A program made the translations under genes and the position numbers. A stretch of DNA of 64,000 bases, from NCBI RefSeq assembly GCF_006345805.1, contig NC_043005.1:87358001-87422000 (forward strand), given 5' to 3'. The notes beneath the pieces were generated by a model. It saw only the letters and a program-made list of their open reading frames with translations. It was not told the DNA's origin and ran no database searches. Every line of letters starts with the position of its first letter. Within the stretch, counting starts at the first letter, position 1. The DNA comes from Octopus sinensis. Taxonomy: Eukaryota. Below, piece after piece: positions 13,142 through 27,069 of this stretch.

Positions 13142-13640
13142 TTTAGTTAGTTAGTTAGTTAGATAATTTTTGGGCTCAAAAAGCAAAAAGCAAGGCCATG
13201 TAGGGGGACATGGAGTTATGTACAAGGTGGTATTCATGTAAAGAGTTCAGGCCACTTGAGGTCAAGGGAGACTTCGAACCGAGCGGTTGTTGGCATCTTC
13301 ACCATCTCGTTTGGCAGCTTATTCCACGGATCCGCAACCCGGACGGAGAAAGCCCCTCTCTTTCGATTGAGATGAAATCGTCGCAGATAGAGCTTTTCGG
13401 AATGACCCCACAGCCGACGCTCTGGAGCAGGAGTGAAGAACAGCTCTTTCGAGAGGTTACACTTTCCGCTTGTGATGTTGTGAGCAAGAATGAGATCTCC
13501 ACGGAGTCGTCGTCTTTCTAGAGAATAAAGGTCGAGCGTCTTCAGCCTTTCTTCATAAGACAAATTCTTGAGACCAAGGACCATGCGGGTAGCCAGCTTC
13601 TGGACTCTTTCGAGATGCTGTATGTCTTTGAGGAGATAAC
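13142..13640 (-). mobile_element. CR1-clade LINE 3' end (ORF2 C-terminus, 3' UTR, (CTAA)n tail)
   Basis: ORF 13234-13692 contains DIQHLERVQKLATRMVLGLKNLSYEERLKTLDLYSLERRRLRGDLI...FSVRVADPWNKLP, a typical CR1 ORF2 end; ttagttagttagttag tail at 13143. Confidence 0.92.
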
Positions 13641-13706
13641 AAGTACTTATGTAAATATTCTCAATCATGCATGCATACGTACTTTGATACACTCACACAC
13701 ACAAAA

Positions 13707-13740
<34 letters not shown>

Positions 13741-14304
13741 ATATATATGTAGATTGAAATGACATAGATCTCTGTCTCCTCACTTTCTACGCTTTGTTTT
13801 CAATCCTTTAACCATTGCGTTTTTAAGGTTAATCTAACAAAGGAGAGCGATCCTAAGAATTTAATCCACCAGCTAAATGCTGCTTTGCATGTTGTGACTT
13901 ACAATTACAGTGTTTCTAGGGACACTTTATCAAGTCATTATCTTCCATCAGACATACATTAGGCTGTACTTCATGAAGCATGGGCTGCTATTTCTAACAC
14001 ATCATTCAGCTCATTTCGTTTCGCAAATTTTTCAGAAGTATGTGTAGAAAAACTAAATACTTAAAAGTCACAGAAAGTCGAGACATGGCGTGTTGTTACA
14101 ATTATGAATGTGTATAATTCTGTTTTTATTTTCATATATTTTTATTTATTTTATTCTGTTGTTAATGGAAACATTATCATTCGGAATACAAAAGCGAAGA
14201 AATGAAACCTTTGTAAATATTACAGTTACTGGACGCCATTTGAAACCATCTGGGAGTTGGGGATATAGACAGCCAACGGTATTGTTATTAAATTTTTCAA
14301 AAGA

Positions 14305-14305
14305 A

Positions 14306-14360
<55 letters not shown>

Positions 14361-14390
14361 GTAATAATAATAATAATAATAATAATCGTA
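14305..14390. repeat. (AAT)n microsatellite
   Basis: Directly visible. Confidence 0.97.
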
Positions 14391-14989
14391 ATGGCGTCAT
14401 ATCTTTATGTAGGAAATAACTGGATGGAAAACAAATGGCAGCAGACGACAGGGGAAGTTATATGATAAAAAAAAAGTAGAACAAATGAAAAAAAATTCCA
14501 AATTTTCGAAATATTTTCTGGGAAAATCTTGCAAGAATGAGCATAAAGCCCAGACAATGACAGTATAATATAAATTGTAAAGAATACGAAAGGAAACAAA
14601 TAAATTAGTGAAGATATGGTAGAAAACCAAAAAAAAGAAACATGAAGTATTTATTTTTTATTTTTTTGCTATGGTTGTATGTGTGAGAGGAGTAAAATAT
14701 TGACAAGCAACGCTATAACGCGTTGTTATTAATTTAATTCTAGGTTTTATTATTGGTATCTGGAGTATATTTAACTAGTGATTCTAATAAGTTTCTGTCT
14801 GTCTCATAACTGGATGCCTTGCAGACTGGCTGGCATATTTGTTTGAGGAATTGGTTGGTTAGCTCCTGTATTAGGTTCATGTGCTTGTGAATATATATTT
14901 TTTTAGGGTGCGGGAGAGAAGAATAATCAGCAGCATTATTGCCATAATTCTTCAACGAGGAGAATTATTAACATACACACAACGTGTAT

Positions 14990-15287
14990 AACGACATACA
15001 CACACACACATAAGCATATACATATATACATACATATATACATATATATATAAATATATATATATATCTATATATATAGATAGATAGATATACATCCATA
15101 CATGTATATATATACATATACATATATATATATATATATATGCATATATATATATGTATATATATATATATAGATACACATATATATATACATATATATA
15201 TATATACGTATATACATATATATATATATATGAATATATATATACACATATATATATAAATATATATATATAAATATATATAAACAC

Positions 15288-15343
<56 letters not shown>

Positions 15344-15370
15344 TGTGTGTGTGTGCGTGTGTGTGTGTAT
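14990..15370. repeat. (TA)n/(TG)n compound microsatellite
   Basis: Directly visible. Confidence 0.95.
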
Positions 15371-15769
15371 TGATAACTTTATATTGGTGTCTGCGTCTCT
15401 GGGAGCATGGCAGACGCACGTGCTACATCTAGCAAATTTCACCGAAATTGTCTTTGCTTTTTTATCTTTTGAGAAAATAAAGCACTCAATATATTTTATA
15501 GGAGTTACATATATTATTATTTACAGCAATTTTATTCGGTGCTATGTGACTACGAATTTCGCACACTTTTAAAAGTAACCTAACTCGTTAAAGGGTCAGA
15601 TAACCGAATCCGTAAACTGAGCCTAATCGGTTATTTGACACTGAACGGGATACGCTTATGTTAGAAGCCTGCGAAACTTTAGGTTGTAGGAGCCGAATCA
15701 AACTCTTTTAAATAATGTTGATTTCAAATTTTGGCAATTATGGTTGCGGGGTAAGTTGATTACGATGGC

Positions 15770-15925
15770 CCAAGTGCTCAAGTGGTACTTATTTAAAAGA
15801 TCTTTAAAAAGGATGAAAGGCGAAGTAGACCACAGTAGAATTTGAACTCAGATCGTGAACATGGACGAAATGCCGCGAAAGATTTCTCCTGTTGCGCAAA
15901 CGATTTTGCCAGCACGCCGCCCTTA
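15770..15925 (-). mobile_element. SINE family A, degenerate
   Basis: aaaggatgaaaggcgaagtagaccacagtagaatttgaactcaga...ttttgccagcacgccgcc. Confidence 0.7.
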
Positions 15926-16044
15926 TATAATTTAGTAATAATAATAATAATAACAATAATAATAATAATAATAATGATCATCATGATCATAACAATATAT
16001 GTATAGAGAAAGAGATTTAGAGACAAACACACACGCGCACACAC

Positions 16045-16118
<74 letters not shown>

Positions 16119-16582
16119 ACAGACATCTATATATTTTTATAGACGTCCATATATATGCAAATATATACTATGGGCTTCTTTCAGTTTCTGTCTAGCAAAT
16201 CCACCCACAAAGCTTTTCTTGGTCCGAGATTTGCCCAAGGTATCATAGCACAGAGTGGGATTGACCTCGGAGCCATGTGGATTGGAACCATGAGCCTCTG
16301 AAAGAAAAATTCCTCAGCAGCAAAGAATGCAATAAATTTTTAACAGTTGACAGGCGGTTTTCATTGAGGTCAGCAGACAGATATATAAGTGATTATATGC
16401 GCAGACGGTAGCATAATTCTAAATATGCAAATATTAAAAGAAACTTATAGAATTATATATTTATTTCTACAAAAGTAAATATAAAAAACGAATTCGATTC
16501 AAAGACAGTTTTGATTAAACTATTTTACTTACGTGTGAAGAGGTTAAGCTCATTTTTTTTATCGTTTACATCTTTCATCCGT

Positions 16583-16890
16583 GGAGGCATATTGCCTAGT
16601 GGTCAGAGCAGCGGACTCGCGGTCGAAGGATCACCGGTTCGAATCTCAGACCGGGTGATGTATGTGTTTATGAGCGAAATACCAAAGCCTCACGCGGCTC
16701 CGGCAGAAGGAAATGGCGAACTTCTGCTGACTCTTTTGCCACAACTTTCTCTCGCTCTTTCCTCCTGCATCTAACAGCTCACATGTATGGACCGGCATCC
16801 CGTCCAGGTGGGGAACCCATACGCCAATGAAACAGGGAAATGGACCCTTATGGGCCGAAAAAGCATGGCTCGTAAAGGAACAAACAACAA
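16583..16890 (+). mobile_element. SINE family B (tRNA-derived head)
   Basis: ggaggcatattgcctagtggtcagagcagcggactcgcggtcgaaggatcaccggttcgaatctc: A and B boxes in a tRNA-like head, followed by the family body. Confidence 0.85.
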
Positions 16891-17276
16891 CACTTCTTTC
16901 ATCCACAGGACTGCGGCCATGCTGGATCCCCGTTTGGAAATGTTTAGTTGAACGAATTGAACCCAGTACTTGATTTTTAAAGCCATATACTTATTCTATC
17001 GATCATTTCTGCTGAACCGCTAAGTCACGTCAACCTAAGCAAACTAACACCGGTTATTAATCGGTGGAAGAGATAAGCACAAACACAAACAAGAACACAG
17101 ACAATGGGATTTTACTCCGTTTTCATCTTACAAATTCACTTAAGAACGCATTAGACACCCTGAGGTTTATAGTAGGTGGCACAAGTCCAAGGTACCACGC
17201 AGTGGGACTGAACCTGAACCCTCGTGATTAAAAAGTGACCTCGGTATCCCCAGAACCAAACTTGCACATACATTAT

Positions 17277-17337
<61 letters not shown>

Positions 17338-17473
17338 TTTATTTAAAGCAGCAGAAAATTCAACAAAACCTGTTACTCTGAGTTTCCCGTTGCCGTTCAT
17401 AAAGCATATTACTCTGCCACTGGTATTTGAGTACTCTTTTTTCCACATTGTTTCACATTTATGTGTTTACTCC

Positions 17474-17579
<106 letters not shown>

Positions 17580-17844
17580 GTTTGTACCTATACTATGAGT
17601 TTAGTTTCTTTATATAATCTGCTGGACTTAACAGACTGCTTTAGGTTTGGATTCTCACACTGAGAGAAATGACAGCAGGATCTAATGAAGGACTAATGTA
17701 CCTCAGGTGTAAAAATGTGACGATTTTAAATCAAGAATGTTCTTCATGCCATACTCTAGCATTTACCTATGATGGTCCTGGTGTTCATGTGTATATCTGT
17801 GTGTCTTTGACCTTGTGTGTGTGTGTGTGTGTGTTCTTTTACTC

Positions 17845-18074
17845 TCTCGTTTCAGTCATTCGACTGCGGCCATGCTGGAGAACCGCCTTTAAAGGCTTTC
17901 TTTAGTCGAAGATATCGACCCTAGAACGTGCTCTTTGTAAGGTAAGTCTATTACTTATTCTATCGGTTTCTTTTGCCGAACTGCTACGTAACGGGGACGT
18001 AAACACACCAACATCGGTTGTGGAGCGATGGTGGGGTACAAACACAGACACAAAGACACACACACATAAATATA

Positions 18075-18111
<37 letters not shown>

Positions 18112-18275
18112 CGGGCTTCTTTCAGTTTCCGTCTACCAAATCCACTCACGACGCTTTGGTCGGGGCCCGAGGCTATAGTAGAAAAAATTGCCGAAGGTAC
18201 CACGCAGTAGGACTGAACCCAGAACCATGTTGTTGGGAAGCAAGCTGCCTACCACACAGCCATGCCTATGCATGT
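17845..18275 (-). mobile_element. SINE family C, full length, with internal (TA)n/(CA)n
   Basis: Minus-strand tRNA-like head (ggctgtgtggtag...ggttctgggttcagtcctactgcgtggtaccttcggc), internal microsatellite, then the 3' body ending ...atggccgcagtcgaatgactgaaac. Confidence 0.85.
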
Positions 18276-18616
18276 ATAGATCGAATGCGGTCTGTGCTTC
18301 GCTTGAGTTGCAAATATACAGAATAGTCAATCTTAGCAATTAAAACTGTACCACAAATTAATCGATATCTCATACCGACAATTGTCTTATTTAAGAGCTG
18401 CGTGGGGTAAAATGTATCGCTATAATAATTGCCATTGATTAGTTCAAACAGGAAATTATTAGGAATGGAGGAAGAAGAGAAAGTAAAAAGCTAGAGCTGG
18501 GACATGGGTGAGTCTCACTGAGAGCACGTTTGTAAATGTTTATAAAAACGAAACGGATTATGCGTGTAGGTGATTGTATGTTTAAAGGCATAAACAATTA
18601 GGGAAGGCGCGTGTTT

Positions 18617-18915
18617 TAGTGGTGAAGGTATTTGTCTCATGGTCGGAAAGTTGTGAGTTCGAACCCGGTAGCGTGTTGTGTTCGTGAGCAACACAATTTT
18701 ATTTCACGCTGCTTCAGTCACTCAACTGGTAAAAAGTGAGGCGTACCTGTAAGGGCCAACCTTTTCACATTCAGCGTCACACTGAATCTCCCTGAGAACT
18801 ACGTTAAGGGTACATGTGTCTGTGGAGTGCTCAGCCACATGCATGTTATTTTCACGAGCTGGCTGTTCTGTTGATCGGGTCAACTGGAACGCTCTTCGTC
18901 ACAACCGACGGAGAG
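18617..18915 (+). mobile_element. SINE sharing the family-B 3' body with a different tRNA head
   Basis: gtgagttcgaacccgg B box; body ctgaatctccctgagaactacgttaagggtacatgtgtctgtggagtgctcagccac; similar copies at 30375-30700, 36308-36625, 38160-38480 and 41715-42020 (-). Confidence 0.75.
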
Positions 18916-19459
18916 CCAGTTTACAGAAAGAGGTGCGGTCCTTATGGTGAAGAAGTTGCTTTGCAGTGGTGTGGTTTCGGTGTCTCTCCCATTGCACCTA
19001 CCTTGGGTAAATGTCTTCAAATACAAGCCGGTGCAGACCAATGCCCTCTGAGTTAATTTGGTAGGCAAAAACGGTAAGAAAGCCTGTTGCATACATACAT
19101 ATGTGTGTGTTGTCATTATAACAAACTCTTTCTTTCTACATTCTATATATCATAACTATAAATTAAATAAAATTCCAGTTTTTGTCTTTCCTTGCTATAG
19201 CGATTTATTTACTATAGCGATTTCTGAAATACACATGATTAGTAATTCGCAGGAAGAAATCATAAGATTATTAGAAAATTGAAAATTATTATAAGTTGGA
19301 AATTAGAAGAAATTTACAATAGTTTAAAGTGGCCGAAGACCTTTGCAGGGTACCGTATTTAACTAAATTTAAATTACTTTCCGCCTTATGTGAAACATTC
19401 TGGCATTCACCTGACTATTAATTTTTTTACGGTGCTTCCTTCTCTGAGTATTTTGACTT

Positions 19460-19675
19460 TAACGTGGCTGATGACGGTCAAGGCTGATCTAGAACCCAAC
19501 CTAGGCTCCCATATCTACAGCGTTCGCAGCTGGAACAAGGAGTGGTTGGAGATCACGCGGTCGTTAGCCTCAAGTCGCCAGGCCTGGTCGGCGTTTGTGA
19601 GAGATGCAGCATTGAGGATGAATGAAGCCAGCTCAACCCACTCCGGGTGAATGCTGTAAAACAACAAAAACAAAC
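19460..19675 (+). mobile_element. RTE-clade LINE 3' end (Perere-3/SR2-like ORF C-terminus)
   Basis: TWLMTVKADLEPNLGSHIYSVRSWNKEWLEITRSLASSRQAWSAFVRDA...STHSG* followed by a short UTR and (CAA/A)-rich tail. Confidence 0.8.
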
Positions 19676-20091
19676 TTTAACCATTCTTTTGAAACCAGTC
19701 TATATTAACGAAATTCATACATCTCTCTCAATGTTTTTCCATTTATCCAGTGTAGTTAGGAATTCCTTCCTTAATGAAGTTTAATAACACAGAAACATGT
19801 ACGTTGTCGACACCATATCACTAAACATCAAAATCGTTCTCAACAAAACTCTTGATTTAATTGAAGAAAATTAATTAAAATTTTGAGACTGTTAAGAAGA
19901 ATTACACGTTTTCAAATTGATTATTCCACTCAGTAATTTTAGTTTGTTTCGAATGTCTTGGTTTGGTACAGAAAGCATTCTACCGTACATTTTATAATCA
20001 AGAAATGCAAGTCTTACTGTATTACGCATTTGTGTATGTGCCTGAAACATCGTGTGCCAATGGTTTTTGCATGCCAGTGTAGCTGTGTCTT

Positions 20092-20109
20092 TGTGTGTGC
20101 GTGTGTGTG

Positions 20110-20142
<33 letters not shown>

Positions 20143-20764
20143 CTGTGTTTGAGTGAGCAGAGTGAATACAAAGTCTATGCGCATCTGAGCGTGAGCGGGA
20201 TACAGAAATAGAGAGAGTGAGAGACATGGAAAGCTGGAAAGAGAAAGAGAAATTGTCGAAATCAATGAAGAAAACGAAGGCGTGACACTGATACCGGAAA
20301 TGTGCATTGGCAGTCATCGAGGGGGTGGATGTCTGAAACGACACGGCTTAATTGGAGGCCGGCAGTAAATGTGGCAATCGATTGCACGGAATAGTCAATG
20401 AAAGATTCTCTGATATAAAGGTTATCTAAACAAAACGATTTCTGTAATAGCTAGATTTAACAAACAGAAAAAAAAAACACACACATATATGCATGTCTAT
20501 ACATGTATGCATGACTGTATGCATATGTGTGTGTGTGTGTGTGTGTTAAAATTGCAATGACTAAACGAATTTAATGAACGCCATTAGAGTTTGTGTTGTT
20601 TTTCATCGTTTTAGAATATTCATGTCATACCAAGGTAAACAGTTCTTTAGAAGACGTATTAAAAATTTGCTTTTTCAAAATATTCAAAGATACTTTGAGT
20701 ATATAAACGAGTAAGTAGTTTCATTACTGTCATTTTATCGCCATTTATAATATCTACGTCAGTG

Positions 20765-20795
<31 letters not shown>

Positions 20796-20799
20796 TGTG

Positions 20800-20832
<33 letters not shown>

Positions 20833-21450
20833 CTGTGTTTGAGTGAGCAGAGTGAATACAAAGTCTATGCGCATCTGAGCGTGAGCGGGATACAGAAATA
20901 GAGAGAGTGAGAGACATGGAAAGCTGGAAAGAGAAAGAGAAATTGTCGAAATCAATGAAGAAAACGAAGGCGTGACACTGATACCGGAAATGTGCATTGG
21001 CAGTCATCGAGGGGGTGGATGTCTGAAACGACACGGCTTAATTGGAGGCCGGCAGTAAATGTGGCAATCGATTGCACGGAATAGTCAATGAAAGATTCTC
21101 TGATATAAAGGTTATCTAAACAAAACGATTTCTGTAATAGCTAGATTTAACAAACAGAAAAAAAAACACACACATATATGCATGTCTATACATGTATGCA
21201 TGACTGTATGCATATGTGTGTGTGTGTGTGTGTGTTAAAATTGCAATGACTAAACGAATTTAATGAACGCCATTAGAGTTTGTGTTGTTTTTCATCGTTT
21301 TAGAATATTCATGTCATACCAAGGTAAACAGTTCTTTACAAGACGTATTAAAAATTTGCTTTTTCAAAATATTCAAAGATACTTTGAGTATATAAACGAG
21401 TAAGTAGTTTCATTACTGTCATTTTATCGCCATTTATAATATCTACGTCA
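20092..21450. repeat. Tandem duplication of ~690 bp bounded by (GT)n
   Basis: 20141-20760 is almost identical to 20831-21449; one substitution seen (tttagaagacg vs tttacaagacg). Confidence 0.92.
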
Positions 21451-21705
21451 GTGTGTGTGTGTGTGTGTGTGTGCGTGCGTTCGAGTCTGTGTGTATAGTA
21501 CTGTCATCTCAAAACCATAAAAAAACTGGTTTTACTGTGTATTTCATGTGTATTTCAGAAATCGCTATACATATTTTTCCATTTAGTCATATATCGTCAG
21601 AATTATTTTCAGAAATAAAGAAATGACTACGAAACATAATTAACGAGAATACATACATACATACATAAATATATACATACATCTTTATATATATATATAT
21701 ATATA

Positions 21706-21775
<70 letters not shown>

Positions 21776-22724
21776 ATATATATATTATGTGAAATAGAAA
21801 GATGAATAATCTTGTAGCAGATTAATCAAAAGTTTAACCGATACCTTGGTAGCAAAAATCACAGCAGAAGACAGCACGGTTGGAGGTACAACCATATGGT
21901 GTTGCAACCGTGCGTTGGTGCGGATAATTGAATTTTAATATTATTGGTGAATTGAAGAAATGGAGCTGAACGAAGATTGAACAGAAATCGTTTTATTTCA
22001 TTCTACACGTGTTTCGAAAGGCACAATTTACCAAAATCCGATTGAATAATGAGACCATATTGTGTCTTTCTCTTCGGGAAGAAATAGGAAATCCGTTCGA
22101 AAAAACAAAAACAGAACAGAGGCGGAGCAAAACAAATCGAACTAGGCTCCTAAGAGCCCATGGCAAAACTGTTTATCAGTGTATGTTGAGAACCGGTGGT
22201 TGAAGATTTTAACGGGTCAGGCATATATATATATATATATATACACCAATGTATGTAGGCTCAAGGATGCTGAGTTGTGAGGAAGCTTGTGTTACACCCT
22301 TGTGTTTTTGTGTTCCATCCCATTGCACATCACCTTGAACAAGTATGTCCGTGGGTTTCTTCTTCGTGTTTCTTGAGTTTCTCTTTGTTCCCCACCACCA
22401 TCACTTTACATTTAGGATATCTGTATTCACGTGCCCGTTTTTTTTTTTTATTTTCGGTGAAGGAATCTTATGGAACCGGTAAGAGACATAACAAGTAAGT
22501 GTTAACAGGGTTTTGCTCGACTAAGCCCTTTAAATTAGTGCTCCTCCAGCATGACAGCAGGTAAATAACAATCACAAGAAACCAATGGAAATACAGAAGA
22601 AGAAAATGATACCAAATAGGTGAGGAGGTCGAATGGAAATTAGAATAGCAAGCAGATAGCATGATTACCATTGTAGGATATACTCAAACGCTAAATGATT
22701 AAGTCGTATAATTATTGATTTCAA

Positions 22725-23095
22725 ATTTTGGTATAAGGCCAGCAATTTGTGGCGGGGGAGGTAAGTCGATTACATTGACCCCAGTGCTCCGCTGGTACTT
22801 ATGTTATCGACCGCAGTGCCATTTGAACTCAGGACGGAAGACGGACGAAATTCGGCTGAACATTTTGCTCGACGTGCTAACGATTCTCCGCCAGCTTGCT
22901 GCATTAGAAATAATATGCTTATTAGTATCAAATTTTGGTAGAAGGCCGGCACTGTCGAAGGAGGGGTAAGTCAATTAAATCGACGCTAATGACCAAAAAG
23001 TATTATTTTAACGACTTCGAAATGATGAAGGACAAACTCAACTTGGTGACATTTGAACTCTAAAGCAGGAGGAAATGCCGCTAAGCATTTTGACC
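22725..23095 (-). mobile_element. Two degenerate SINE family A copies in tandem
   Basis: Two iterations of caaattttggta.aaggcc.gca...gggg.taagtc.att.....gac...gaactc...cattttg. Confidence 0.7.
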
Positions 23096-23697
23096 AATAT
23101 CATAAAGGTTGTAGAAACTCAAGGCCTTTGCGTATCATATAATTATGCGCCAACTTAATTGATTTCCAGCACAATTTTTAAAACGAAGAGAAGACAGATT
23201 CCCGATAGATTATCGGCAAATAATCTGCCTTTAAACAAAGCACTACATTCAACGTTTCCTCAAGTTTTACAACTAAAGCTTTTACGCAGAATGGTTTTAA
23301 ATATATCAAAATAAAATATAGAGTTATTTGCACACTGTCTTCTCGAATATTCTTCAATGTTAACCAATTCACTCAATCGCTGATGCGTTGCTTCTAATTC
23401 AACCAGAAGTCCATTTCGACTCGGTGATTCTATTTTCGTAGAGGTGGTGATATAAGAAAGTTGATAGAAAAAAACATTTTTGCATCATACAAGTTGTAGA
23501 TAGTGCTTACATTTCCTCGGAATATTGCCGAGATTACTGTCACATGGATGGGTAGAAAGGACTGCAGTGAACTGCTGAGAATTTGAAGAAAGAGAATGTG
23601 CGTGCATTTCCCAGACTGGGGAATGAAAAGAAAATTAAATCACAACCATTCTATTTGAAAAAAGATGGGACCCCACTATTGAAACCTGAATTCCATG

Positions 23698-23729
<32 letters not shown>

Positions 23730-23734
<5 letters not shown>

Positions 23735-23950
23735 CGGGAAGCTTTATGAACATAGACAAAAGACGAAGGCAGGTGGGAAACAAACAAACAATTGTATTAG
23801 TATGGCGCTCAGGAAATATAAATAAAACAAGTCTTTAACGTTTTGAGCCTACGCTCTTCAACAGAAAGATACACAGAGAGAAAAAAAACACAGAAAGAAG
23901 GAGAGAAAAAAAATGCGTGCAGTAACTAACGAATCAACATGGCGATCTGA
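23730..23950 (-). mobile_element. Second copy of the minimal-HHR repeat (motif 23831-23869)
   Basis: Reverse complement of 11740-11930; here GAAA is replaced by AAAA. Confidence 0.7.
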
Positions 23951-24702
23951 TTTCGGCCAGAGGTCAAAGATCAAACATGAGACGCGAGAGCGAAATAAGG
24001 GGAGATAATAGGGTTGATAATAGGGTTGAATGACCAGCTATTAGTGCGTAGGAGCGGTCTGGACGTGTGTATGTATAGGGTTGGTGTATGTATATATATA
24101 TATATGTATATATATATTTAACAATTAAGGATAACTTCTTAATAAGGAATCTTAACAAGAAATTATCAGGTAGTTAGCGTGAAAAACCTCATAAGAGAAA
24201 AATTCGATATTAATTTTTTTCTTTAGAACATATTAATTTATATTGTATAGAGGGCATTATTACACATAAATGCCTCACACTAAGAGGGACATAAGTCATT
24301 ACTACCAAAATTTCACTAATCGTACCTAATGCAGTTCTTCAAAGCAAGACATTTAAAAAATGAATTTAGTTCTATATCACCTATGATTTCACACTTAACG
24401 CATAAAAATACGTCTATGTTCATCAGTAGAACTGATTCTGAACACATCATAAATAAACGACCAACATTACCTGGCGAAGTCGAACAGACATCTGCTCTCT
24501 CCGGCGAAGCACATGGAGATGTTTATAAATCATATATTCGGTAAATGGCGGGCTTTTTCATATAAATCATATATTCGGTAAATGGCGGGCTTTTTCGAAC
24601 TGCATGTCGGGTAGGAAAAGTTTTTTCGGAATAAATTTAACAATTAAGGATAACTTCTTAATAAGGAATCTTAACAAGAAATTATCAGGTAGTTAGAAAC
24701 CA

Positions 24703-24771
<69 letters not shown>

Positions 24772-24789
24772 TTGTATGTATGTATGCAT

Positions 24790-25240
24790 GAAATCTCGAG
24801 TTGTGCATGAGAAAGTAATGAGGGATGTCAGGAAGGGCATCGCTGTTGCACTTCCAGATAATGAGGGTCTTCTTATGAAGATGGCATGCAGTGTCTGTGC
24901 AAGACCCTGCCTCAGTAAAGCTGGACTCAAGAGTCATCTTCGTCGTCATAAACCGAGACCGATAATTGACAAACAGGTCAATGGTGGTAGTGCTACACAC
25001 CATACTGATCATATCTGTCAGGCATGTGGAAGAGAGTGTAATTCAGCGGGAGGACTTAAGTGACATGCAAAGGTATATGACGCCCAATTACAACTATTAC
25101 CCGTAAAGATATTTAGCTGCCAATTCTGTACAAGACATTGTAGATCATTAGCTGGGCTAAAAAGTCGCATTCGATCACAGCATCGTTAACAGTTAAGCGC
25201 CTGGTGCAATGGCCATACTAGATAACGAGGGGACAGCCAT
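24790..25240 (+). pseudogene. RTE-like LINE 3' end encoding three C2H2 zinc fingers, interrupted by an in-frame TGA
   Basis: CSVCARPCLSKAGLKSHLRRH...CQACGRECNSAGGLK*HAKV...CQFCTRHCRSLAGLKSRIRSQHR* in one frame ending at 25189; short UTR ending gacagccatcat next to (TA)n. Confidence 0.75.
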
Positions 25241-25246
25241 CATATA

Positions 25247-25359
<113 letters not shown>

Positions 25360-25498
25360 CATGCATATATAGTATATATATATATATATATATATACAAC
25401 TTTTACTGTCGTGGGCTTATATACCCTAATATTAGGCTATATACTTTAGCCAATAGAATGATCGGTTATTAGTTTTAACCTTATTATTTACCCCACCA

Positions 25499-25559
<61 letters not shown>

Positions 25560-26199
25560 TATATATATATGTTGGAAACGTCTGAACCACTTGTAAATTG
25601 TTGCGTGGCTCATACACTCCTCTCTATGCACTTCCTGCAACTTTGCGTAGGCCTCTGAGAAGGTACGGCCATGACAAGTTTCTTTGTCATCGTCAATGAA
25701 TTGATCACACGCTACACATCATCCTTCCAAGCACAGCCATAAACAGCGGAAGCTAGCTAGAACGTTAAAACTTAGTGCACATGAACAGCTGTGTTCATGG
25801 TCAATCTTTGCCAAGCGTCTTTACTCTGCGTGATTTAGTATCGTTACTATGGCAACAGTCCGGATACTTATTGATCAGACTGCGTGTGTTTGTGTGCTTC
25901 GGGATGCGTTCTTACCTGAGTGATTCTAACCATTTATTTAAGGTGTTAACGGTTTAAATGATACGTATATATATGTTCCGTATATATTGCTCTTCCTATA
26001 TTGACGTAGGTTTTATACATCCCTGTGATTTTGAATGGTCATATACAGATTCTTACGTGCATACATACATCGCTGCTGGGTGTATGCAGGGATCCTTATG
26101 TGTGCATATGTGGCTATATGCGTTTTTATCTCCGTGATTATGTGTACGATCTCCTCAGAACCATCAGTTCATAAATCAATAAAATAAATTCCTCAAATC

Positions 26200-26490
26200 C
26201 TTCTTCTTCTTCTTCTTTTTCTTCTTCTTATTATTATTATATTATTATTATTATATTATTATTATTATTATTATATTATTATTATTATTATTATTATTAT
26301 TATCATTATTATTCCTCATCTTCTTCCTCATCTTTTTCTTCTTCTGCTTCTTCTTCTTTTTCTTCTGCTTCTTCTTCTTTTTCTTCTTTTTCCTCTCCTT
26401 CTTCTTCTTCCCCTTCGTCTTCTTCTCTTTCTTTTTCTTCCTCTTCTTCTTCTTCTTCTTCCTCTTCTACTTCTTCTACATTTTCTTCTT
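26200..26490. repeat. (CTT)n/(ATT)n trinucleotide repeats
   Basis: Directly visible. Confidence 0.95.
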
Positions 26491-27069
26491 GTATTATTTC
26501 GTTTTATATCTCAGCTAATACATTAATGGCCGTTAATACGCGATTGTTTCTAAGCTGTACTTTAGAGATAATTCCGACATTAGAAACCAATACGATAGGA
26601 GAGGTGTAACTTTGGTGTCAACCATTGTGATATATTTACACAAAGAGCCACTGACAGAATGTCACAATATATTAAGGAACGCTACTTGCATCTTGATATC
26701 TAAGCTTCTTCTGTAAGGGCCAATACATTTCATCTTCGAACGTTTCTTCTTTACGACATGTAAATTGGCGATCAAGTCACGTTCAACAATATCAACATGC
26801 CCGCACTCCACTTATCTATAAAATACATTTATTACGCTAGCTTTTCCTATTTATTCTCCAAGAAACATCACACAAAGCTGAAACTTGGGAAAGTTTTCAA
26901 AATTTTAAGCTTTCTTCGCATCGAAGTATTTGTTACATACAGAAAATCACATCTCGGAAAATACTCAACGCTAAAAAGCTGTGGACGCTACATGTGTAAT
27001 AGAGATCCGCTTTATGCTATTGGTGGTATTAGTAGAAAACATGCAGCTTACGCAAAACAATTTCCGTAC

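Noticed and set aside
16583-16660. Bona fide tRNA genes at the SINE heads
   Set aside because: No complete cloverleaf or poly-T terminator; the heads run straight into SINE bodies.
21874-21913. 9-bp perfect hairpin gcacggttg/caaccgtgc (and a 13-bp one at 15595-15639)
   Set aside because: Isolated short hairpins with no repeat, TSD or RNA-family context.
25061-25063. In-frame TGA as selenocysteine recoding
   Set aside because: It falls at a basic-residue position of the finger (CGA/AGA>TGA is simpler), and I saw no SECIS.
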